Translations under genes and position numbers: made by a program
From: Mayamaea pseudoterrestris
Lineage: Eukaryota
DNA length: 64,000 nt
Reading direction: 5' to 3'
Assembly (NCBI GenBank): GCA_027923505.1
Contig: BROI01000011.1
Span: 682,001-746,000 of the forward strand
Part shown: in pieces, positions 11,629-22,400 of the stretch
How positions within the stretch are numbered: position 1 is the first letter of the stretch
Layout: every line of letters starts with the position of its first letter
Notes under the pieces: model-generated
What the model was told of the DNA's origin: nothing
What the model saw: only the letters and a program-made list of their open reading frames with translations
Databases searched by the model: none

Positions 11629-13032
11629 ATGTCGAGCGATCGGGGACTATGCTTGCTGCTGATTTTCTTCGCAACTCGCGTCCAATGTTTCTTGCCGACA
11701 GTACCGACAAAACGCCTGCCACAGTCAACTCACTTATTCTATCGAGACGATAAGACATCGCATGATGTCTTGACCATTCCAGTTCTCGACCCTATTCCCA
11801 ATCATCTGCCTCTTTTGCCAGGCAAGGAGTTTGTATTGTCGTCGCCGACTCCCGGACAGTGGTCTGCGCTCGAACAAGCTTTCGCCATGCATCAGCAGCA
11901 ACATGTTTGTGAAGGAGCAAGCGACACCCTAAACAAAGGCACCATTCAGGCAGCTCCAATTATTGCTCTCATGGACGAAGTAACTTTGACGTCGGGCGCG
12001 CTGAAAGCTGGAGAGCGATATGCGACCATTGCTGCCGTTGTTGGAGTTAGCAGCAATGCGCGAAAGCCAACTTTGGATCTCAGTGATGCCAGCTCCTTCA
12101 TGGAGTCAGTTAGAGAAATTGGCAAGCATTCCTTTGCAAATGATAATGTTGATGTTTGTCTTGTTGGTATTGGGCGCGCAGCCTTGCATGATTTCTTTTA
12201 CGAAATGCCAGCTGCAAAACGAAACGCTTTCGACCAAGACGGGCATTTGATATTAGACACATGTCATATTGAGGACGACGAAGATGACACAGATCTGTCA
12301 TCTCTTTTTGACAAGGTTGTTATGGCGCAATTTGATCTATTGATGGATGGACTCGCCAAGGGCGCCGTTCGAAACGGAAATCCGTCGTCGTACACGTCGC
12401 CCGTGCATGCCATTTCCGAAATGAATTCCTTGGCAGGCCAGATTCAGTACCTTCATCAGGAGCGAAAGCGGCTTGTAGCAGGTATCAGGGCAGCCGAAGC
12501 AAGATTGCGCGCCGTCGGAGAACAGGATGAACTCCTGGACCATGATGGCATTGGTCAGTTATATGCATCGAATGCAAGATTAGTGCAAGACGTGTTGATC
12601 AATGACATGTTAAAAAAATTTGGACATGATTCGCTGAAAACGAGCTATTTCGCTCAGGACCGACAAATCGGGTCGAGCGAGGTACTTAGCAGCAAGGAAA
12701 ATTATGGAATGGGTTACGCCGCAACAACATTCTCCACGGTCAGGGAAATAACGGGCGTATGGCTCGACAAGCTTGCTCCATACTTTAGTCCTGCTCGTCA
12801 GCAGTCCGAAGAACACTACTACGAAACTCTTTCGTTTGTGGCAATGCTGTCAATGGATACGATCCTCGAACCTAGTCAGCTCAGGTGGGCGTTGCAGTGC
12901 TGCAACACATCCGAGCGACTGCAACAGGCGTCTGTCTGGATGACAAAGCATTTGCAACTATTGAAAGAGAAATCTCTCATTGTTGCTCAACAGTTGAAGG
13001 ATTGTGGTGAAGAGTGCACGGACCTGTGGTAG
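11629..13032 (+). CDS. Probable plastid-targeted protein, weakly like the Lon N-terminal substrate-binding domain
   Basis: Signal peptide ending VQC|FLP (ASAFAP-type +1 Phe) followed by a basic/hydroxylated stretch; CLVGIGRAAL and LRWALQCCNTSERL recall LON_substr_bdg. Family call is weak. Confidence 0.6.
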   Translation: MSSDRGLCLLLIFFATRVQCFLPTVPTKRLPQSTHLFYRDDKTSHDVLTIPVLDPIPNHLPLLPGKEFVLSSPTPGQWSALEQAFAMHQQQHVCEGASDTLNKGTIQAAPIIALMDEVTLTSGALKAGERYATIAAVVGVSSNARKPTLDLSDASSFMESVREIGKHSFANDNVDVCLVGIGRAALHDFFYEMPAAKRNAFDQDGHLILDTCHIEDDEDDTDLSSLFDKVVMAQFDLLMDGLAKGAVRNGNPSSYTSPVHAISEMNSLAGQIQYLHQERKRLVAGIRAAEARLRAVGEQDELLDHDGIGQLYASNARLVQDVLINDMLKKFGHDSLKTSYFAQDRQIGSSEVLSSKENYGMGYAATTFSTVREITGVWLDKLAPYFSPARQQSEEHYYETLSFVAMLSMDTILEPSQLRWALQCCNTSERLQQASVWMTKHLQLLKEKSLIVAQQLKDCGEECTDLW

Positions 13033-13330
13033 TCTTGGTTACTGGGTTTGACTTACTTTGGCAGAAAGCTTCCGTCTTAGCCACTTTTACACGTAGCGTA
13101 AATGCAACAATCACCGATTTAAACAACGTAAAACACTTTTTTGTACATGACTTACATCTTTCCCATAAAATGCCGACGTTTAATTGCGAACAATGAACAG
13201 GATCTTCAATAAATTATGGCTATGGGTAGCTGAAGTCTGCTCATTGGCCTACGTGTAAGACGATTGCTTCTGTCTGCTGGCAACGAATTAACTTTTTCGT
13301 TGTAAATTGCTATAAATAGTCTGATTATTG

Positions 13331-15591
13331 TTAAAATTGCTCATCACTGCATAAAGGTCGAGTTTCAAACTCTTTGCGATCAACTTTATCCATAAGTTCA
13401 GGCAGCGTCTCGGACAAGGTACTGGCGAGGCTCCTCGCTGCAACGAAGTTTCCGAGATCGGCCTGAGCCATGGCGACTCTGTAGACGGTTTTGTGATTCA
13501 CTAATCCTCCACTCTCAAGCGCTTCAAGAACAACTTCATTGGCAGTGTCCACCTCATCCGCTTGACACAATAGCTCGACATACTCTCGGATGATATGGGC
13601 CGTCGGGACAATTTCAGCATCTTCCATTGCCGAAAGATATTCACTAGCCTTTTCAAGGCAATCGCGCAAAACATCTTCGCTTGGCTCGCCAACCTTGCGT
13701 ACGCGGTACAAGTGCTTGCCGAGTCCTTCCAATGCAAAGCTGTACGAGTCGGCATCCATTTCAAGGCCAAATCTCTTGAATTCGTCTATGACAAACGAGA
13801 CGCAGTGAACGTCTCCTCGTTCTGCCATTGCTGACATTACGCAGTTTAACTGTTCTGTGGAGACAGGCGAACCATCCTGATACGAAGTTTGAAGCTGGCC
13901 CAATGCCAAATCCACATTCTCAAGTATTCCACTGGGGATTGAGGGAGGTAACGCTCGTGAGCCGCAGGCGATGCCGAAATGCAGCAAACTTTTCGTCATA
14001 CATACCGCAATCGTGCCGAAACACCTCGTATGAGCGCACGAGACACACTCATGCCCCTGCCCTTCATGTCATTCATTGCTATAAAAGCGTTCGCGTACGT
14101 CTCCTGATGCGAAGCAAAGGTAACGACAGCATTCTCGTACAATGCAAGCGATGGCTCGTACTTGTAGACGTCAACAAGCTCCCACACTAGCATAGTCATG
14201 TCCAAATTTGACGCTTGTGCAGCGCTCGAGCTCAACGCCTCTAATGTCGCAAGATCAATGATGTACTCTTGCCCGTCGTCTGACTCTTGTCGTTGTAAAT
14301 CGGCAATGGCTCTCATAGAGACACATGCCTGGTTTGTGTCCATAAATGGATACATATTCTCCAAAGAATGCAAAACGGTCGTAGAATTACATCGGGCGCC
14401 AACAGTAACCACTCGTTGCAATATATCAGCATAAGGCAAATCATCAGAACGATTGAACTTAGACATGGACAGCAAATGCTCCCAATATCCAACCTTCAAT
14501 GTCATTCCCTCGTCAAGCATGTGCCGGTATAGGCGATTCGCGAAATGACCAACGCGAGTCGCTCGTTGCTGTGCCAATGCCGATACAAGAGTCGGAACAC
14601 AATTCTGTTGCGCGTCACGATCCAGCCGTAACACCCGTTGCACCATGGATCGAGTAAGCTTGTGGATTTCATGATAATTGTGTTTCAATGGATCCATATG
14701 GCGCATGCAATCGCTTAGCCGACCGTACATACTAGCGAGCACGACATTGTTTACACCACCTGGTATCAACGTTTGGTAGTGCAGTAAAATCTTATCGGCA
14801 GCGAATGGTTGTTGATTTGTCGTCAAAAGGGCAAAGAGAGCATACAATAATTGAGTATCATTGACCTCTTCTCCAGAACGGATTGTCTTGTAATAAAGTT
14901 GCATCGCCTTGTCATGATCGCCTTCTTTGATCGCAGCGTAAAGATCCGAGTGCGGCCGAGTTGGACGATTGAAAAAGGAAATATTCTTCGCCCTCTCCCT
15001 TCTATCCAAATGTCGTGTTTCCTGTAATGTTGATGTTTCTTGAGCATCGGTATCAACCACACCTGATTGATTATGACTCTCGTCAACCATTGTGGTCTGC
15101 TCAAATAACACGGCTGCATCGACAGGAGCCTTCCACTCAAATGATCCGTCTGCGTTTTCTCGGCTTTGGTTCGAAAAGTAGCGTAGCCATTTTGGTAAGT
15201 CCGGTCCTATGGCCATATCATCAACTTCAAAGCTTTTTATTGGTAATTCTTGCGCTTGAGAGAAAAGAACCGGCGCAGAAATTGCTGGTAATATCTGGGT
15301 TGATGGGAAGAATTCTTGCGATCGAAGCAAACTCGATGTCAGGTACATGGCAGCTTCACGCTTTTGGGAACGATCGAATCGCTCGTGTTCCACACTCCCT
15401 GGAATTCTAACTGATAAATTATCATTTATATTGAAATATGCTGCGGGCAGATCGGATACTCTAACTGAATCTAGAGGGAGTGGACGCGTCGAGAAGCGTG
15501 ACAGGCTCGGGGACATTCTACAGTGCAAATGTCCAGCTTTTCTCCATGAATTTCCGGGGACTTTCTGCACAAAGCGTTGCGATCGAAGCAT
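13331..15591 (-). CDS. PPR-like helical-repeat organellar protein, ~728 aa; exons 15591-14006, 13931-13331
   Basis: Intron 13932-14005 (cg|gtatgt...ccccag|t) joins two ORFs. PPR-like units (LNCVMSAMAERGDVHCVSFVIDEFKRFGLEMDADSYSFALEGLGK); Arg/Ser-rich N-terminus typical of a mitochondrial presequence. Confidence 0.75.
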
Positions 15592-15797
15592 TTTTGTAGA
15601 ATTGTATCGTAGGTATGATCGGAAAATCAGTCTTCCTTTGCAAAAGGTTGATGGTGAGGGACAGTAAAACAACGCCCAGTCTCGCGGGTCCACCTTTTTC
15701 TAAATGCAGTCGCCCTGCGACGCAACGTGCGATGGACTGGTTCATTGGCTCTGAAGGAGGTCGGAACCTTTATGCCGTGGGGCTTAACTATTTGGAG

Positions 15798-15918
15798 TTT
15801 CAAAGTTTTTGGCAGTACTCTTTGAGCTACAGTGACAAGAATCAAAGTTTTTGGCACTACTCTTTGAACGACAGTGACAAGAATCAAAGTTTTTGGTAGT
15901 ACTCTCTGAACGATAGTG
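15798..15918. repeat. Minisatellite family A, locus 2 (3 x 42 bp)
   Basis: tcaaagtttttgg(c/t)a(g/c)tactct(t/c)tga..acagtgacaagaa; units start at 15800, 15842, 15884. Confidence 0.9.
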
Positions 15919-16048
15919 CGAGGATCTCGTCATAGCATGGCGCAATCGCGGTGCCTGTCGACTGTCGATGCACCGCATTTCATATGGACTCTCACTGAAA
16001 AAGCAGACCATTTTTTCTATGTATGGTAATAAGAGCAGGCTTCACATA

Positions 16049-16666
16049 ATGAGTAAACTTGGGACTATGAAGATCACGAATACTTTGTTTGTCCGAGCAC
16101 TTGCTGCGCCAAGATGCTTGAGAAATTGCTCTGGAGAACGATCCGTCACAAACGCTCGACCATATTCCTTGTCCGCCATGACGAGCACCTTACGGCATCC
16201 ATCCCATCTTCAAATCGAATGCTCTAGAAGATGTTTCACATCCAAGGAACAGTTCGTCTCTGGTAAAATTCCATCAGACATGATAGCCACGGACACTAGC
16301 TCGTCGAACGACCACATTACAATTCCAGGGTCGCAGACTGGCGGTCGCAAGCTTGCAATTGTGTTTACATGCAACGTTTGCGAGACACGAAGTGCCAAGC
16401 AATTTACTGAGCGATCCTACACACATGGCGTCGTTATTGTCAGGTGTCCTGGTTGCGACAATTTGCATCTCATTGCGGATCGATTGCAGTACTTTGGTGC
16501 CGACAACTTTGATTTGAATACGATTGTTGAACGAACTGGTCGAAGTTATAAAACAGTCGACGACCAAAATGTTTACGAGCTGAGTTTGGAAGAACTGGTT
16601 GGTAAAGAGAGAACGGAGGAGCTTTTACGTGATGCTGTAGCAACATCCACTGAGCGCGCACCATAA
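16049..16666 (+). CDS. DNLZ: DNL-type zinc-finger mitochondrial Hsp70 escort protein (Zim17/Hep1/DNLZ)
   Basis: IVFTCNVCETRSAKQFTERSYTHGVVIVRCPGCDNLHLIADRLQYF; basic N-terminal presequence. Start ATG 16049 or 16067. Confidence 0.92.
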   Translation: MSKLGTMKITNTLFVRALAAPRCLRNCSGERSVTNARPYSLSAMTSTLRHPSHLQIECSRRCFTSKEQFVSGKIPSDMIATDTSSSNDHITIPGSQTGGRKLAIVFTCNVCETRSAKQFTERSYTHGVVIVRCPGCDNLHLIADRLQYFGADNFDLNTIVERTGRSYKTVDDQNVYELSLEELVGKERTEELLRDAVATSTERAP

Positions 16667-16746
16667 ATTATTATACATTGCCTCTGCTACGCAGTGCCTT
16701 ATCATTGTAAATGATCCGATAACAAATCAAACCGTTACATTGAGCT

Positions 16747-17587
16747 TTAGTTTATCGAAAAGGCTTCCACCTTTTCCGAACCTTCAGCAAAGCACTTTGC
16801 AGCGAAGGTTCAAGATGCTCAAATTTTTTCTTTGTTGTGCTTTCCGACTTTTATGCCTGTACAACAAGACTGGCTACATCCTCTCTTTGGATACACCCTC
16901 TTGCATCAGTGTTTTCCGTCCAAATAGCCTTTGCGGTCGCAGGCTCGCTCGTCGAGCCGTCAGGACGAATAGTCGACCAATTCGAGTTGGTGTAATACTT
17001 GATGAGCACACATTCTGTTCGCTCCTTTGTCTCCAATGCATCCTTCAAAACTTAAAAAGAGAGGGCGGCGCCGCCTCCTTGCTCCTACCACACTCAATGA
17101 TAGTCACAAGAATTATACGTCTTACGTCGCTCCCAAAATGCCAGCATTCTTGATAACACGTTGCTGTTGCCGGCGTAGTCAACGCGCTGACTCTCTTCGT
17201 CACTAGTGGATGCTCCAAGTGTGCTAATTGCAGCGTCGCATCCATCCATGCATTATCAACCACCTTTTGGTCAAAAGAAACTCCGACAATGGCCGTGACT
17301 GGCGCCATCCATTGCGTTGAGCTCCGTGGCGACGGTCGGATCTTGCGCCAGAGCCGTCACTGTCCTTGGAGCCACGCTTGGAGCTGATGGCGCGAACAAC
17401 GCGACAAGAACCTCCAGCGGCAGATACTTGATTGTATGTTGCTGTATGTATTTTAAATGTGTGATGATTTCGAATGGTGTCGATGACGAGGCAATGGAAG
17501 CAATGCCGTATGGGGCGGGGCGACCACAAGGCCGCCGCAGCTGAAAATGCAAAAGCACCGAGTAGAATTGCATGGTTTGCTGAACAT
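16747..17587 (-). pseudogene. Frameshifted pseudogene of an NAD(P)-binding atypical SDR (NAD_binding_10/NmrA-like)
   Basis: Homologous pieces are spread over all three minus frames: signal-like ILLGAFAFSAAAA; YNQVSAAGGS; ELNAMDG; VTAIVGVSFDQKVVDNA; MDGCDAAISTLG..RVDYAGNSNV; RRIILVTIIECGRSKEAAPPS; LKDALETKERTECVLIKYYTNSNWSTIRPDG..IQREDVASLVVQA*. In-frame TAA at 16851-16853. Confidence 0.8.
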
Positions 17588-17707
17588 TGAAGAGCCAAGC
17601 AATGGTCGAGTTAAAGGTACACGATGAAGCCTTTGTTTACCGTTAGCGGAGGCTCGTCGAGTCGTCGAGTCGCTGCGCAGCGGCATGGTGGTCGTACTTG
17701 TAACAGC

Positions 17708-17960
17708 AGGCAAGTATGAAACGAGTGCCCGTGTCAATTACGTCATTAGGCAATAGTACGAAACAAATGCCAGTGTCAATTACGTCACTAGGCAATATTA
17801 CGAAACAAGTGCCAGTGTCAATTACGTCACTAGGCAATAGTACAAAACAAGTGCCAGTGAAAACTGCGTCATAAGGCAATTGTATAATACGAGTGCCAGA
17901 GAAAACTGCATCACGACACATTTGCCCTGAAACGAGTGCCAGTGAGAACTGCGTCATATA
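17708..17960. repeat. Minisatellite family B, locus 1 (~6 x 42 bp)
   Basis: gaaac(g/a)agtgccagtg(tcaatta/aaaactg)cgtca(c/t)taggcaatagtac; units at 17718, 17760, 17802, 17844, 17886, 17929. Reverse complement of the array at 30356-30540. Confidence 0.92.
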
Positions 17961-18001
17961 CACATAAGCCTTGATGTGCGAGCAAACTGTTCGACGGCAT
18001 A

Positions 18002-19462
18002 ATGCCAAGTTCTCCTAACGAGCTCGTCCTTTGTATATACACGGATGCTATTATGGACGATAATCTTCCAGCATCTGCATGTATCATTGCCGACAAGGAT
18101 ATTGAGAGCGCCAGCAAGGGCTTGATGTTTGATACATTTGAAAGTGGACTGGTTCGCGGGGTCATCTTTTCAAAGTCCGTTCGATCGGCTTTCTGTTCCT
18201 TCGATGTCATTTTAGAAGGAGAAAGACACCGAGACGAGGTGATGATTGATAGCAAAAGTAATTGCAACATTATCATGGTAAGAATCCAGTTCCCCTTGGA
18301 CGACATTGTTCCTTTTCGATCACACTGTCGACGCTGCTACAAGCTTGGCGACTTGATGGTGTTTCACGACGGATCATGGAGCAAGGATAATGCCAAGACC
18401 TCAACGACAAACTGCGACTGGCGGTCAATCAAGCTTATATTGGGGCCCCAGAGCTTGCGACATTTGGAAACGATGGTGCGGGTGGAAAAGGTGAGGTATT
18501 GGAGCATGAAGCAGTGTCAGGAACTAACAAAGAGCTTGATTCCAGCAAAGACGCAAGTTCTGCAATGCGATAATGAGCAATGTCCAACAATCAAGACTTT
18601 ATCAGATAATAAAACAGATACTGGCCATCCTGTAAGCAATGGAGACTGTCCTGCAAGCGCTCACGGAAGTGGACTGGAGAAACGAGTCCAAGCGCAGTAC
18701 GTTGCACAATTTTTGGTCCACATGATAATGTACAAGCTCCAGTATCTAACAATCAACGAACAGCAGATAAGACCGATGAACTCGGATTTTATAAATTTAA
18801 CCTTGTGGGCGACGACTGATCCTCGAACCACAAACATGCAACTCTTTCAACAGGCAGTAGAATGGCTTAACGCCGGAAACGGTGTCATCGACGCAGCTGG
18901 AGGCTCCGGCCACGTATCCATGCAGCTTGGACTAATGGGCGTACGTTCGACGGTAATTGATGCGAGAGAAGCAGTTGGTAAACTCCCTGGAAGAGACCGG
19001 AAGATTTGGAAGCATGCCTTGAAGCGGTCTAGTAGATCGGTCGTCGAGCGCGACGACAATGTCTATTGTCAACCCATTATTCCTTATGAAGCTCGGCGAG
19101 GGTGGTTCGGTCCGTCTTTAAGCGGCGTTGACACAAGTTATAGACATCCCGACGAGACATCATTGACAGTCTATGACCGGAAAAGTGATCTTTTTCTTGG
19201 TTGCTCCGCTGTCATCGCCTTGCATCCGGATGAAGCGACAGAGGCCATTGTCAGTATGTCAGTCGAAGCAAACAAGCCATTGGTCGTGGTCCCTTGTTGT
19301 GTGTTCGCTCGTGTCTTCCCCAACAGGTTAAAACCGGGGACGGCGGAGTCCGTACGCTCGCGGGCTGACTTGCTGCATTACCTTGCCGCAAAGCATGAGA
19401 GTATTGGACAAACGACACTTCCTTTCCAAGGAGCAAATACTCTTCTGTGGTCCTTTTTTTGA
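18002..19462 (+). CDS. Putative class I SAM-dependent methyltransferase
   Basis: Motif I VIDAAGGSGHVS, STVIDAR, VIALHPDEATEAIV, LVVVPCCVF, LPFQGANTLL resemble RNA-methyltransferase-like families; substrate unknown. Confidence 0.7.
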   Translation: MPSSPNELVLCIYTDAIMDDNLPASACIIADKDIESASKGLMFDTFESGLVRGVIFSKSVRSAFCSFDVILEGERHRDEVMIDSKSNCNIIMVRIQFPLDDIVPFRSHCRRCYKLGDLMVFHDGSWSKDNAKTSTTNCDWRSIKLILGPQSLRHLETMVRVEKVRYWSMKQCQELTKSLIPAKTQVLQCDNEQCPTIKTLSDNKTDTGHPVSNGDCPASAHGSGLEKRVQAQYVAQFLVHMIMYKLQYLTINEQQIRPMNSDFINLTLWATTDPRTTNMQLFQQAVEWLNAGNGVIDAAGGSGHVSMQLGLMGVRSTVIDAREAVGKLPGRDRKIWKHALKRSSRSVVERDDNVYCQPIIPYEARRGWFGPSLSGVDTSYRHPDETSLTVYDRKSDLFLGCSAVIALHPDEATEAIVSMSVEANKPLVVVPCCVFARVFPNRLKPGTAESVRSRADLLHYLAAKHESIGQTTLPFQGANTLLWSFF

Positions 19463-19487
19463 GGACAGCAGCGTGGAAGAAAATAAT

Positions 19488-22400
19488 TTAAGGAAGTGCT
19501 CGACTCAACAAACGCTTGGCCAAATCGCTTTGAAATTCTTTGTCAAGTCGGCTCCTGAGCTGGCCCGACGCAAAATCGATACGGTGATACTGATCGATCA
19601 GTTCTGAGCAACGGCCAAGTTCAAAGAACGTAGCTTGGTAAATTCGATTTGTAGTTTTTAACGGGCAGATCCCACTGGCAGCTTCTGTTTTTACTGGGAC
19701 GTCGCAGATATTGGCAATAATTTGAAGGAACCTATCATTATCCATGTCTACTTCTCGAGTTTGTGAAAGGCCAAAGATGGATTTCAGTTTGCCCGAAAAC
19801 GCCCCTGTACCTGTTTCAGCATTTACCTTGATCGACTTTTGAATTTGCTGAGCTTGATAGGTAACGTTAGCAATACATTCGTTCAATTCAACTCCACCTT
19901 GTAGCGTATCTTTCAATATTTTGCGCCGTGTCGTCACCACATCATTTATCTTATTCACAACCTCATCAACCTTGATCGGCGAAAGAGCGTAAACAGTGAG
20001 CAATCTACGTAGCTCGACGACAGTCATCGTATTTAGTAAGGTTATCGTAACTTTGGCAAGCTCAGCCATGAGCATCTCTGTGGAAGCGCAAAGCTCCGAT
20101 AATATCACTGATTGATCTGGGAGTGTAGTCTTTTCTGTTTCACCAGAATTAGTCTCATTACTGATATTGTTAGTCGCGGCAACGCGGTCGCTCTCCAGTT
20201 CGTCGCTGATGGCTTCGTTAACTAATGCAATTGTCTCTGTCAAGTCGCAAATAATAGCCACAGAGTACCCAGATTGAAGCCGCCTGGTAATGTGATGAAT
20301 GACTGTAATTGCATACGAAGGCTTGGCGATTAAAAGCTTTGTCGTCACAACACCACGAAGAAGCTTCGCAAGCCTGCGATCTGTCAACTCGTCAAACTGA
20401 CTTGTCATCAGAAATGTCATACTTGAAACCAGTTCTAATCTGCGATGAGCCGCTTGAAAGTCGGACATTTGTGCGTTATATTTCACGCCCAGCTCGCCTA
20501 ACGACCATAACAGTTTTGCCGATTCAGGGGGAGCGAGAAGTTTATCATCATCGCACTTGAATTCGTTCAGATATTGAGCAACGCGTCGAACAAAGTGAGC
20601 AATGCGTTCTCGCCCAATTGTCGCTCTACCGGTAGTCCCAGCGACAGCACCGCACAATCTCGCAAGGTCAAACAATGGGCATTCGCGCAAAAGTCGGCCA
20701 TTTTTGGACGACAACAAGCGTAATACAACGCGCATCAGGCTGTCGCCACCGCATATCCAGATATTATTCGACGCGAATTTCGTCAAAGAACACAAGAACT
20801 TGCATAGTGTCGATGGGTCGACTGGAAGATCTTTGAGCAATGGTCGAGGCTTCCTGGTAATAATGGAATGAGCGTCACCGTCAATCACAGACTCTTGCTC
20901 GAGCCGCTGATTATCTAAAAGCATGGCATTGGGTTTGCCAAAAAAAGATTTGAAATTAAGAGGCTGCTTTGCTGATTGCTGCGACAAACCATCTACCGTT
21001 GCAGGCATATCTGAGCATGATTCCCATTGTTGCAAGGCCATATCTATAGTCGCAAGCGCTTTACCAATCGCCTCATTAGCATCAAAATCTGTTTCAGAAT
21101 CATTATTAACAAGTTCGAGATATCCCCAAGCAATCCTCGCAACATCTTCTGTCCCATACATTTGTAAGTTATTTGCTGCGGTAAGCAATGCGACTCGGGC
21201 GAGACTCTGCAATGGTTCGATCGGAGCTTCGCATGCTCGACTAGCTTTTGTACGTATGGTCACGAGTGCCCAGATTAATCTCGAAAGCTCTGGAGGGTGA
21301 CATGTGGCAGAAAGCTCAAAAGGAACTGCATTGTTGTCGTATGTACTGTAGTGCGCAGCGTTCAGGACCGCTTCGGCCATTGCGCTGCACATTGACACAA
21401 CTTGTTCGCCAGTTGTTGATGGGTTTTCATCCACCGACTTTGCTACGGCCCAAGCGAAGTTGGACAAGTCGCCCATTGGAAGTTGTCGAAGACTCTCCGC
21501 ACCGAGGTGAGCAAATGTTTCAACAATCGTTTCAACCACAGTATCGCGCACGGGGTCTTGTAGTTCGGTCACAGTCCAAGCAATTGAGCAGAGATCGTGA
21601 TTCGAGAACACACGAGAATCGGATTTGCTATGAGATTCGATAACATATTCCGACCTAGTAAGCGATAATTGTCGCTCCAACGCTTTTGGATAGTCGATGG
21701 ATGCACACGAAGTGCTGCCGCTTGTCGAGTCCATGACTACAACTTCTTGAGAAGGATTGGAAGATGAAAGCACTGTCTCCGCGAGCATAGTTGCTTCCAG
21801 AGCATCTCGCTCAGATTGAAGCAGCGAAGCAGCATCAACCAATTCCACGGAAGTCAGCTCCTCACTGACAGTATGCGAATCCTCCAAATTATTATGGTCT
21901 TCCAGCAAGATTTGTTCGCCCTGGTCCAATGAAGTGCGTACAACGTCAAGCTCCGCCTTTAACCAAACGAGTAGTCGATCGAATGCGACTTCTCGAAAGG
22001 CAGTCGTCGTTTCTGAGAGAGCCATCTCATCCTGATTCATATAATCAGAGCGGCCATGTAAAGCAATTGCCCACAATACATCTGTCAACTCATTGGGACT
22101 CAACCAGTCTATTAAGGAATGCTTATTGTCAGAGTTTTCGCTGTCGGACCGAAAGACAGCTTGGGAATTAACATCTTCCTGCGTCTCGGCTGCTTCAGAT
22201 CTGGCAAGTCGCTCTACTGCATCGTTCGTACCGATGTTACCCATGTGAATTGCAGCTTCCACGTCTTGTGCTCTACGCCGCAGATCATAAGGGTCTTGAC
22301 AAAGTATAGAGCAACAAACCTCGAACAAAGGCGCAAAGCGGATACCGGTATACGCTCGGACGCAAGCAAAAGCCCATGCGGTTGATGCTGCATCTCGAGC

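Noticed and set aside
16740..17598. Programmed frameshifting or RNA editing to rescue the SDR fragments
   Set aside because: Too many independent lesions plus degraded conserved residues; ordinary pseudogenisation is simpler.
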